Assembly: GCA_937876275.1 (NCBI GenBank)
Contig: CALFIA010000016.1
Coordinates: 1-35,043 of the forward strand
DNA from: an uncultured Actinomycetes bacterium
GTDB lineage: Bacteria > Actinomycetota > Actinomycetes > S36-B12
Direction of reading: 5' to 3'
DNA: 35,043 bases
In this document: positions 18,028 to 25,792 of the stretch, piece by piece
How the letters are laid out: every line of letters starts with the position of its first letter
Position numbering within the stretch: position 1 is the first letter of the stretch
Notes under the pieces: model-generated
Told to the model about the DNA's origin: nothing
Database searches by the model: none
Seen by the model: only the letters and a program-made list of their open reading frames with translations
Made by a program: the position numbers and the translations under genes

Positions 18028-19022
18028 TACTTGCTCCCTCGGCCTCGGCGGCCCTTGGTGGGCTTTGCAGCGGTGGTTTCGTCCTCAGCGGCATGACCGG
18101 TGAGTGACATGAAGACGTCGTCGAGAGTCGGACGGCGCAGCACAAGATCGGACACCTCGATGCCGTCGGCATCGAGGGCGCGAATGGCGTTGACAAGAAC
18201 CGTCGAGCCACCGGTGACCGGGGCTGAGACGCGTGAGTCCTCGACCAGCGGCTCTCCGGTGCTGACGGATCGGACCGCGCGCACGGCATCGTCGATACGA
18301 GATGAGTCAGTGACGTGAATCTCGATGCGGTCACCGCCGATCTGATCCTTGAGCTGCTCGGAGGTGCCGTGAGCGATCACGCGGCCGTGGTCGATAACCA
18401 CGATGTCCTGGGCAAGCTGATCGGCTTCCTCGAGGTACTGCGTGGTGAGCAGCACTGTGGTGCCCTGAGCGACCAGGTTGTTGATGACATCCCACAGGCC
18501 AAGACGAGAGCGCGGATCAAGCCCGGTGGTGGGCTCGTCCAGGAACAGGATCGACGGCTGAGCGACAAGGCTCGCCGCGAGATCGAGGCGACGGCGCATA
18601 CCGCCTGAGTACGTTTTCGCAGGTCGATCTGCCGCGTCGGAGAGATCGAACCAGTCGAGAAGTTCCTCTGAACGCTCCTTCACGTACTTCGGGCTCAGGT
18701 GGTAGAGCCCGCCGAACATGCGGAGGTTCTCGCGTCCGGTGAGGTACTCATCGATGGCGGCGTACTGACCGGTGAGCCCGATCGAGCGTCGTACTTCATC
18801 GGCCTGCTTGACCACATCGAAGCCAGCGACGGTCGCGCGACCAGACGTCGGCGCAAGAAGCGTCGACAGGATTCGCACCGTGGTGGTCTTGCCAGCGCCA
18901 TTGGGGCCGAGGAGTCCGACTACCTGCCCACGCTCGACTGTCAGGTCAATGCCATCGAGGGCACGCACGTCACCGAAGGTGCGCACCAGCCCCTCGGCAT
19001 GAACAGCAAGGTCTCGTGTCAT
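18027..19022 (-). CDS. ABC transporter ATP-binding protein (DrrA-like)
   Basis: Walker A GPNGAGKTT, signature YSGGMRRR, Walker B ILFLDEPTTGLD, and a DrrA-type C-terminal domain. ATG 19022 (MTRDLAVHAEGL) is preferred. Confidence 0.9.
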   Translation of the reverse strand: MTRDLAVHAEGLVRTFGDVRALDGIDLTVERGQVVGLLGPNGAGKTTTVRILSTLLAPTSGRATVAGFDVVKQADEVRRSIGLTGQYAAIDEYLTGRENLRMFGGLYHLSPKYVKERSEELLDWFDLSDAADRPAKTYSGGMRRRLDLAASLVAQPSILFLDEPTTGLDPRSRLGLWDVINNLVAQGTTVLLTTQYLEEADQLAQDIVVIDHGRVIAHGTSEQLKDQIGGDRIEIHVTDSSRIDDAVRAVRSVSTGEPLVEDSRVSAPVTGGSTVLVNAIRALDADGIEVSDLVLRRPTLDDVFMSLTGHAAEDETTAAKPTKGRRGRGSK

Positions 19023-19067
19023 GACTCCATCCAAGCACGGGTGCGCACTGGGCATCCAGAACGCCTG

Positions 19068-19865
19068 TCAGGAGCGAATCTCGCCCTTGCCGCCGATCTC
19101 GCGCTGGGCACCCAGTCGTGCGCGCGATGCGGCAGCGCGCCCCGCCTGCGAGGCGGCGCCCTTATCGGCGCGCACTCCCCCGGAGTAGCCACCCCAGGTA
19201 CCGCTCGCCGCGGATTCGCGTCGGTGAAAGGCCTTGACCTCGGACGATTTCTCGCGAAGTACGAGCGCACCCGTACCCGCACCCTCAACCACTGTGCTCG
19301 CAACCTCCGCCACTACCTCGGCCTTGGCCTGCTCCATGCGCTCGCCGATGCGCTCGACGTAGGCGCGATAGAAGGAGGCACGGGCTGTCTGCGCGGTATG
19401 CGGCTTGCGAAGCCGTCGCAGGCCTCCCATCGTGCGCGTCGACGACACGTATGTCTCGCCCTTCCAGCTTCCCGTGGAGAGCCAGGTCTGAGCACTCGAG
19501 GTCATCTGCACTGCCACTGATGCATAAAGAGCTTCGATCGCGTCCAGATCACCGGGCATGCCGTAGACGATCACGAAGGTGCTGTTGGACGCGACATCAA
19601 CATGAGCGTCGTTGACGTGAGCAATCGCCACGAAGAGCGACACCAGGTGCACATTCGCACGCTTGCCCTTCTCGCCGATAGTGCGCGTGCGTGACTCCGG
19701 GCTTTGGCGGGCTTCCTTGCGCAAGGTTCGCGCGCGCGCAAACGCGAGATCGACGCTCGCCGCTGTAGCGAGTGCCTGTGCCTTCATCAGGTAGGCCTCG
19801 GCTTCGGCCTCGTTGTCGGTGCGTTCGGCTTTGGCGAGCAAGGCCGCGATGCGATCGAGATTCAT
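19068..19865 (-). CDS. DUF2786 domain protein
   Basis: ATG 19865 gives MNLDRIAALLAKAERTDNEAEAEAYLMKAQALA, the DUF2786 N-terminal helix pair. The start overlaps the upstream stop (ATGA). Confidence 0.75.
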   Translation of the reverse strand: MNLDRIAALLAKAERTDNEAEAEAYLMKAQALATAASVDLAFARARTLRKEARQSPESRTRTIGEKGKRANVHLVSLFVAIAHVNDAHVDVASNSTFVIVYGMPGDLDAIEALYASVAVQMTSSAQTWLSTGSWKGETYVSSTRTMGGLRRLRKPHTAQTARASFYRAYVERIGERMEQAKAEVVAEVASTVVEGAGTGALVLREKSSEVKAFHRRESAASGTWGGYSGGVRADKGAASQAGRAAASRARLGAQREIGGKGEIRS

Positions 19866-20353
19866 GGCATCACCGTGGGCAGATCTAGACCCGAATAAGA
19901 AGTACGAAGAATCAGCGCAGCCTCCGGGCCAAGTACGCATTCGACGAGCGCGCACATCGTGACGGTGAACGATGCGCCGTGCGCTGGCCCTTCCCCGCCA
20001 TCCCGCGACATTACGATGTGGTGCGCAAGCTCGTGCAGCACCACCGATTCACGCGCAGCCCACTGAGTGTCGAGGGGGATGGCAATCACCTGCTCGGCGG
20101 GCTCGTAATGCGCTTTCGCCTGGCCCCTGCGGGCGCGCACCGCGACCGGCTCTATCGGCCCGAATCTTTCGACGACGCAGGGAAGTTGCGTTACCCACTC
20201 CACGTATGTCGTGATCGCGCTGAGGTCACCGAAGCGACGCTGGACGGGGACCTCGATGGAGGAACCGTGAAAGTCGACCTTGCCGCCGCGATTCAAGGCT
20301 TCCGACCACTGATCCTCCGCTGAGTACACAGCTGAGCGCAGGCGATCGGTCAC
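19862..20353 (-). CDS. HExxH putative metallohydrolase (TIGR04338/Rv0185-like)
   Basis: GTG 20353 gives VTDRLRSAVYSAEDQW... with VVLHELAHHI (HExxH) near the C-terminus. The other 162 codons of the listed 325-aa ORF are antisense to the MFS gene and have no protein-like features. Confidence 0.65.
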   Translation of the reverse strand: MTDRLRSAVYSAEDQWSEALNRGGKVDFHGSSIEVPVQRRFGDLSAITTYVEWVTQLPCVVERFGPIEPVAVRARRGQAKAHYEPAEQVIAIPLDTQWAARESVVLHELAHHIVMSRDGGEGPAHGASFTVTMCALVECVLGPEAALILRTSYSGLDLPTVMP

Positions 20354-20405
20354 GAGTCGAAGGATAGGCTGAGGGGCTGTCAGTTGACCGATTCGGAGGT
20401 GAGGC

Positions 20406-21671
20406 GTGCGAGGAGTTAAGCACGCACTCAGCCGTACGCCATTCCTCAAGGGCCTGCCTGCTGAGGTAGGCGTCATCACAGCAGTGGCCTTCTTTGTCGC
20501 CCTGGGCTTTGGAATTCTTGGGCCGGCAATTCCGGTGTTCGCCCGCACCTTTGGCGTATCGACAATGGCGGCGAGCTCGGTCATCTCGATCTTCGCTCTC
20601 GTGCGCTTCATCAGCTCACCCGCAGCCGGAGCCATGGTCAATCGCTTCAGCGAGAGATCAGTACTTGCCACGGGTCTGATCATCGTGTCGGTCTCCAGTC
20701 TCGCAGCGGGCGTCTCGCAGAATTTCGTGCAGCTGATCGTGCTGCGAGGCATCGGCGGGCTGGGCTCGACCATGTTCACTGTGTCGGCCCTCTCCCTGCT
20801 ACTGCGAACCGTTTCGGCAGAGCAACGCGGTCGCGCCACGAGCGCGTACCAGAGCGGTTTCCTCTTCGGCGGAATTGCGGGCCCGCTTGTGGGCGGACTC
20901 GTGATCGCCTTCTCGATCCGCGCTCCCTTCTTCGTCTACTCGATCACTCTGGGAATTGCCGCCGTTGTAACTCTTGTCTTCCTGTCACCGGCAAAGCTGC
21001 ACGAGAAGGAAGAGATCGTCGCGCACGGCGAGTCTGCTGAACTCGAGTCACTGGGCCAGGCACTACGTCATCCGGCCTACCGCGCTGCCATCAGCGTCAA
21101 CTTCATCACCGGATTCGTCTCACTCGGCCTGCGCATGGCCATCGTTCCCCTGTTCGTGACCGAAGGACTCAAGCGCGGTGCAACCTGGTCGGGAATTGGC
21201 TTCCTGGTTGCAGCAGCGGTGCAGGCGGTGCTGCTCCTCCCGGCGGGTCGAATGGCTGACACCCAGGGACGTCGCAAGGCGCTCATCATCGGCTCCATCG
21301 CACTTGCAGCCGGAATGCTTGCCCTGACGATCTCGGATTTTGAGGCCAATTCACTCACGCCCGCAAGCTCGATCGGACTCGTGCTCTTCCTAATCGCGCT
21401 CGGTATTCAAGGTGCCGGATCAGCCTTCCTCAGCTCCGCACCTGCCGCCGTCGTCGGAGACATCGTCGGCGGAAAGCGCGGCGGCATCGTGGTGTCGACC
21501 TTCCAGATGATGTCCGATCTCGGCATCGTTATCGGTCCGCTTGTCGCGGGTTTCCTGGTCGACCTTCTCGACTTCGACTGGGCGTTTGTCGTGGCAACAG
21601 CCCTGTGCCTGGTCAGCTTGCTCCTGGTGCTTGCGATGCCGGAGACCTTGAAGAGGGCAATACCGGCGTAA
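20406..21671 (+). CDS. MFS transporter
   Basis: 421 aa, about 12 TM segments. The loop 2-3 motif (GAMVNRFSERSV) and LRGIGGLGSTMF are typical of DHA-type MFS transporters. Confidence 0.85.
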   Translation: MRGVKHALSRTPFLKGLPAEVGVITAVAFFVALGFGILGPAIPVFARTFGVSTMAASSVISIFALVRFISSPAAGAMVNRFSERSVLATGLIIVSVSSLAAGVSQNFVQLIVLRGIGGLGSTMFTVSALSLLLRTVSAEQRGRATSAYQSGFLFGGIAGPLVGGLVIAFSIRAPFFVYSITLGIAAVVTLVFLSPAKLHEKEEIVAHGESAELESLGQALRHPAYRAAISVNFITGFVSLGLRMAIVPLFVTEGLKRGATWSGIGFLVAAAVQAVLLLPAGRMADTQGRRKALIIGSIALAAGMLALTISDFEANSLTPASSIGLVLFLIALGIQGAGSAFLSSAPAAVVGDIVGGKRGGIVVSTFQMMSDLGIVIGPLVAGFLVDLLDFDWAFVVATALCLVSLLLVLAMPETLKRAIPA

Positions 21672-21795
21672 ATCACGCATGCGCCAGCGGAAAGTTGCCA
21701 CGTGAATACGTGGGAACTCGTGCAGGAAGCACACCTTCCTCCAGCACTGGCGCCGCAGGCTCGCTCTCGTCCGATTTCGGATTTACAGTGGTCAC

Positions 21796-22434
21796 ATGTC
21801 AAAGAGCATGGTTACCCCCGATAAGGCATTGCCCGGTCGCAGTGAGGCCTGGTTCACGATTCCCGAGCAGCACGCAGTGCTCGGCACGTCACTCGAAGGC
21901 CCGTGGGCCGATGGCACCGTCCGCATCTACCTCGCGATGGGCTGCTTCTGGGGCGCCGAGGAGATCTACTGGCGCTTGCCAGGCGTGGTCTCCACCAGCG
22001 TGGGCTACATGGGCGGCTACTCCGGTAACCCGAGCTACGAGGAAGTCTGCACCGGCATGACCGGGCATACCGAGACCGCGAGTGTCACGTACGACCCCGC
22101 GATCATCAGTGACTACGACATCTTGAAGGTCTTCTGGGAGAACCACGACCCGACCCAGGGCTACCGCCAGGGCAACGACCAAGGCACGCAGTACCGCAGT
22201 GCGATCTTCTACACGACGCCTGAGCAGAAGGCGATGGCCGAGCTCACCCGTGACGCCTACGCGGAGGTCATCGCGCAACGCGGTTACCCGGCAATCACCA
22301 CGACCATTCAGGACGCCGCCGACCACACGTACTACTTCGCCGAGGACTACCACCAGCAGTACCTCTACAAGCGGCCGAACGGCTACCGCTGCCATGCAAA
22401 CACGGGTCTTGCACTTCCCGCGTTCTCCGCATGA
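21796..22434 (+). CDS. msrA: peptide-methionine (S)-S-oxide reductase
   Basis: GCFWGAE active-site motif, then GYMGG...NPSYEEVC.G.TGH.E and DPTQ..RQGND.GTQYRS. Confidence 0.93.
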   Translation: MSKSMVTPDKALPGRSEAWFTIPEQHAVLGTSLEGPWADGTVRIYLAMGCFWGAEEIYWRLPGVVSTSVGYMGGYSGNPSYEEVCTGMTGHTETASVTYDPAIISDYDILKVFWENHDPTQGYRQGNDQGTQYRSAIFYTTPEQKAMAELTRDAYAEVIAQRGYPAITTTIQDAADHTYYFAEDYHQQYLYKRPNGYRCHANTGLALPAFSA

Positions 22435-22742
22435 GTGACTCTGAACTAGGCGAAGAGTACGAGCGCGAACTCGCTCGAGTAGTCGAGCGAGTTCGCACAA
22501 TGCCCCTCACTCGACTGTCCACTTGCGCAGACGACGTCTTTGCACTGTGCTGCGCACTCGCGGATCTCGCCCACCAGTCAGGCGCAGGGCTTGCCGGTGC
22601 GCAGTCGCTGCCCCGACTTGGCGATCACGCCTTACCTGATCAACTTCGGGTGCTGGGAATGGAACTTGCCGCAATTGGCGATCCCCTCGTGATCGCTCGA
22701 GGCTACGAACTCCTCGTGAACATGCGAAAAGCGCTGCCGTAG
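22431..22742 (+). CDS. hypothetical protein (103 aa), translationally coupled to msrA
   Basis: ATGA overlap with the msrA stop. Its own stop lies in the loop of a perfect terminator hairpin. I recognise no motif. Confidence 0.55.
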   Translation: MSDSELGEEYERELARVVERVRTMPLTRLSTCADDVFALCCALADLAHQSGAGLAGAQSLPRLGDHALPDQLRVLGMELAAIGDPLVIARGYELLVNMRKALP

Positions 22743-22753
22743 CAGCGCTTTTC
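22726..22753. terminator. bidirectional intrinsic terminator hairpin
   Basis: gaaaagcgctgc-cgta-gcagcgcttttc is a perfect 12-bp stem. The GC core gcgctgc/gcagcgc is flanked by A4 and T4, so a U-tract follows the stem on either strand. It lies between the convergent 103-aa ORF and the BI-1-like gene. Confidence 0.75.
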
Positions 22754-22768
22754 GGGTTGAAGTGAAAG

Positions 22769-23560
22769 CTAGTTCCGGCCGGCCACGATGGCGAGCAGGC
22801 GCAGGATCTCCAGGTACAGCCAAATCAGCGTGAGCTCGAGCCCGAAGGCCATGCGCCATGATTCCTTCTCCGGCAGACCCATCGCGATGCCTTGCTTGAT
22901 CGCGTCGAAGTCGAGCAGCAACGTGAAGGAGGCGAGCAGCACACCCGCTGCGCAGAGCAGCAGTCCGATCCCGCTGACCCCATAGAAGCCCCATCCACCA
23001 CCGACACCGAAGAGCGAGGCGACGAGCGAGACGAGACCGATCAGCGCGTAACTGATCAGGGCGCCAAGCATGACCTTCTTGAACTTGCTACCGACCTTGA
23101 TAATGCCGGTGCCGTACAGGAAGAGCATGACGCCAAATGCCGTCATCGTGCCGATGACGGCCTGGAGAACCAGACCCTGGTAGTTCTGCGCAGCTGCATA
23201 CTGGTTGTACCAATTGCTGATGCCCCCGAGCATCACCCCTTCGGCTACTGCGTAGAGCAGCATCAATGGGACAGAGATCTTGGTCTTGAACGCATTGACC
23301 AGGCCAAGGACCAAACCGACGATGGCGGCACCCACCCAGATCAGCGGCTTATCACCCGCGACATTCCAGCCGACAACGGCGAAGACGACCGTCAGCGCGA
23401 ACATGATCGCGGTCTTGACGATGACGTCATTGAGGGTGACCTTGGCGTCGCCCAGACCGGCGTTCTGGATGATCGCCGCGAAATTCTTGTCAGCGTCGAC
23501 CTTCTCGTACTTGGAGAGGATCGGGTTATTGGACTGCTTGTAACGACTGTTGTCTGCCAT
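22769..23560 (-). CDS. Bax inhibitor-1/YccA-like membrane protein (BaxI_1 type)
   Basis: ATG 23560 (MADNSRYKQSNNPIL...) gives 263 aa with 7 TM segments and the C-terminus LDFDAIKQG....E.WRMAFGL.LTLIWLYLEILRLL typical of actinobacterial BI-1-like proteins. The upstream part of the listed ORF reads through a tRNA gene. Confidence 0.8.
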   Translation of the reverse strand: MADNSRYKQSNNPILSKYEKVDADKNFAAIIQNAGLGDAKVTLNDVIVKTAIMFALTVVFAVVGWNVAGDKPLIWVGAAIVGLVLGLVNAFKTKISVPLMLLYAVAEGVMLGGISNWYNQYAAAQNYQGLVLQAVIGTMTAFGVMLFLYGTGIIKVGSKFKKVMLGALISYALIGLVSLVASLFGVGGGWGFYGVSGIGLLLCAAGVLLASFTLLLDFDAIKQGIAMGLPEKESWRMAFGLELTLIWLYLEILRLLAIVAGRN

Positions 23561-23618
23561 GGGGCAAATGTACCCAGGATTCGGGGTGGCCAAACCTGGC
23601 GGAACCGGTGTTTCGGGG

Positions 23619-23692
23619 TGCCCTCGGTGGGATTTGAACCCACACTGTGCCGGGTTTAAGCCGGGTGTCTCTGCCAGTTGGACTACAAGGGC
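23619..23692 (-). tRNA. tRNA, anticodon UAA (Leu by the code), Leu-type D arm but class I shape (5-nt variable loop); CCA not encoded
   Basis: Hand fold of the minus strand: GCCCUUG-UA-GUC[CAACUGGCAGA]GAC-A-CCCGG[CUUAAAC]CCGGC-ACAGU-GUGGG[UUCAAAU]CCCAC-CGAGGGC-A. The acceptor is 7 bp (one U-G), the T arm is perfect with a UUCAAAU loop, U33 and A37 are present, and 27:43 is a C-C mismatch. Confidence 0.8.
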
Positions 23693-23717
23693 CTGGCGGG
23701 GGGCCGACTGCTGCGGG

Positions 23718-24401
23718 TCAGCAGCAGCCGCCGCGTAAGAAGGGCAGGCTCGTAGCCCAGGCAGCCGCTGCATTGGCCGGCTGGAAGACCTCCGGGCGGT
23801 CGTCGTTGAAGAAGGCATGAACGGAATCGGGATAGCGCTCCACTGTGGCCGTGCCACCGTGCAAGGCAATGGCCTCGGTGTAGGCAGCGATCGCCTCGCC
23901 TGCCCACGACTCGTCGGATTCTGCGGCATGAATGAGGGCACTCTTGCCGGCATATCGAGACCAGTCGGGTGCGTACTCGGGCCAGGGCATGGCGGGGTAG
24001 AAAGCTACCGAGCAGCAGATGCTGTCGCTGACCGTAGGTGCGAGGAGGGCGAGACCGCCGCCCATGCAAAAGCCAATGACCCCCACTTTCGCGCTCGTGA
24101 CCTCTGCACGCGCAAGCAGCCAGCCAGCGGCCTGGGCAAGATCGTCGGCGGCCTGGGCGATGTTCAGCCCGAGCATGAGCTTCTGCGCTTCATCGGGCTC
24201 AGTCGTCTCAATGCCGCGGTAGTGATCAACAGCGAGTGCCACGAAACCCTCGGCGGCCAGGCGATCGGCCACGTCAATGATGTGCGGTACGACACCCCAC
24301 CACTCCTGGATCACGATCACCGCAGGGCCAGCACCTGACGCCGGAAGAGCCAGGTAGCCATCAACCTCAGACCCGTTGATCGGGATGGTCACGTTGCGCA
24401 T
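23718..24401 (-). CDS. dienelactone hydrolase family protein
   Basis: 227 aa. GPAVIVIQEWWGV..HI.DV.DRLA.EGF.A.A.D.Y and the nucleophile elbow GVIGFCMGG are DLH-family hallmarks. Confidence 0.85.
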   Translation of the reverse strand: MRNVTIPINGSEVDGYLALPASGAGPAVIVIQEWWGVVPHIIDVADRLAAEGFVALAVDHYRGIETTEPDEAQKLMLGLNIAQAADDLAQAAGWLLARAEVTSAKVGVIGFCMGGGLALLAPTVSDSICCSVAFYPAMPWPEYAPDWSRYAGKSALIHAAESDESWAGEAIAAYTEAIALHGGTATVERYPDSVHAFFNDDRPEVFQPANAAAAWATSLPFLRGGCC

Positions 24402-24433
24402 GGCCAGAGTCTAGGAGGCCGGATTTCCGAAGG

Positions 24434-25789
24434 CTACGGCCTGCGGCCGAGAAGCTGGGAGCGGTACCAGTGAGCGCTGTCCTTCGGGGTGCGCTCGCAG
24501 GTGGCTGGATCGACTCTGATGATGCCGAATTGCATGGTCCAACCAGATGACCATTCCAAGTTGTCCATCAAGCTCCAGGCGAAGTAACCCCGAACGTCAA
24601 CGCCGTCGCGTCGGGCGTCGAGCACGGCATTGATGTGATCAGAAAGGTACTGAGTGCGGATCGGGTCGTGCACGCCTGTCGGATCGACGACATCGTCGAC
24701 TGCCACGCCGTTCTCGCAGATCCACAGCGGCACGCCCGGCAGGCCGCGCTCGGCAATATGCAGCGCCTCGACGATCCCTTCGGGAATGATCTCCCAGCCC
24801 ATCTGGGTGAGTAATCCGCGCGGGGCAAATGACATCGGCGGGCAAGCCGGGAACATCGAGGAGTCCTGCCCCACTGCACCGGAGCCGGTCGGCTTCGGCT
24901 CAGTTACGCGCATCACCGTGTAGTAGTTGACACCCATCCAGTCAATGGGAGTTCCGAGAATCGCGTTGTCGTCATCACTGACGAATGACCAATCGGTCAC
25001 CGACGCGCAGGAAGCACGAACTTCTTCACTCACTCCGCGGCCGGCGAGAAGGTCGAGGAAGATCCGATTCTGCAGACCATCGACATGCGCAGCAACGGAA
25101 TCCATCGCAGGTGACTCGCTGACGATGGGGATGATGTTGAGGACGATGCCGACGTTCGTGGCGCCCACCGCGCGCATGCGCTCGACCGCAAGCCCGTGAC
25201 CGATGATCAGGTTGTAGGCGGCCTCAAGGGAAGCGCCAGGTTCAGTGCGGCCTGGTGCGAAGTAGCCCGAGCAATAGCCAAGGAACGCCGTGCACCAGGG
25301 CTCGTTCAAGGTAGCCCAGCGACCGATGCGGCCGTCGAAGTGCTTCGCCATGGCCTCGGCGTAGTCAGCGAATCGGTGGGCAGTCTCACGATTGACCCAG
25401 CCACCCTCAGCCTCGAGTTCGCTGGGCAGATCCCAGTGATACAGCGTGGCCACCGGCGTGATGCCGCGAGCAAGGAGTCCGTCGACGAGTCGGTCGTAGA
25501 AATCCAGACCTGACTTCGAGAGTTCGCCGGTACCTCCCGGCATGACCCGCGGCCAGCTGATCGAGAAGCGATAGGCGTCAACACCGAGCCATGCAAGCAG
25601 GTCAAGATCTTCTTCGAGACGATTCACGTGATCGCATGCCGTGGCGCCCGTGGCACCATCGATGACCTTTCCTAGCGTTTCCGAGAAGTCGTCCCAGGTG
25701 CTACGACCTCGGCCGGCAATATCGCCCTCGATCTGCCACGACGAGGTGGCGACTCCGAACTCGAAGTCACCAGGCTCCCGAATCTCCAC
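24434..25789 (-). CDS. GH1 beta-glucosidase
   Basis: FEFGVATSSWQIEG at the N-terminus, acid/base TLNEPW, nucleophile region ICENG (usually I-T/Y-ENG), and the C-terminus YFAWSLMDNLEW..GW. GTG start 3 nt after the permease stop. Confidence 0.92.
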   Translation of the reverse strand: MEIREPGDFEFGVATSSWQIEGDIAGRGRSTWDDFSETLGKVIDGATGATACDHVNRLEEDLDLLAWLGVDAYRFSISWPRVMPGGTGELSKSGLDFYDRLVDGLLARGITPVATLYHWDLPSELEAEGGWVNRETAHRFADYAEAMAKHFDGRIGRWATLNEPWCTAFLGYCSGYFAPGRTEPGASLEAAYNLIIGHGLAVERMRAVGATNVGIVLNIIPIVSESPAMDSVAAHVDGLQNRIFLDLLAGRGVSEEVRASCASVTDWSFVSDDDNAILGTPIDWMGVNYYTVMRVTEPKPTGSGAVGQDSSMFPACPPMSFAPRGLLTQMGWEIIPEGIVEALHIAERGLPGVPLWICENGVAVDDVVDPTGVHDPIRTQYLSDHINAVLDARRDGVDVRGYFAWSLMDNLEWSSGWTMQFGIIRVDPATCERTPKDSAHWYRSQLLGRRP

Positions 25790-25792
25790 CGG

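Noticed and set aside
20354-20839. N-terminal 162 codons of the listed 325-aa ORF 19862-20839.
   Set aside because: This part is antisense to the 5' third of the MFS transporter gene and has no protein-like features. The recognisable HExxH protein begins at GTG 20353.
23580-23620. 9-bp direct repeat TTCGGGGTG (23580-23588 and 23612-23620), the second copy touching the tRNA 3' end; considered as an att-like scar of an integrated element.
   Set aside because: It is too short to be distinguishable from chance in GC-rich DNA. No integrase or recombinase is present, and I saw no obvious compositional island boundary.
23561-23953. N-terminal extension of ORF 22769-23953 (131 codons).
   Set aside because: It reads straight through the tRNA gene and the 3' end of the dienelactone hydrolase gene. 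The BI-1-like protein starts at ATG 23560.
24690-24710. GH1 nucleophile motif reads ICENG instead of the usual ITENG or IYENG.
   Set aside because: The catalytic Glu and the NEP acid/base motif are intact. A Cys at this position is a conservative family variant as far as I can judge, and does not indicate altered chemistry.
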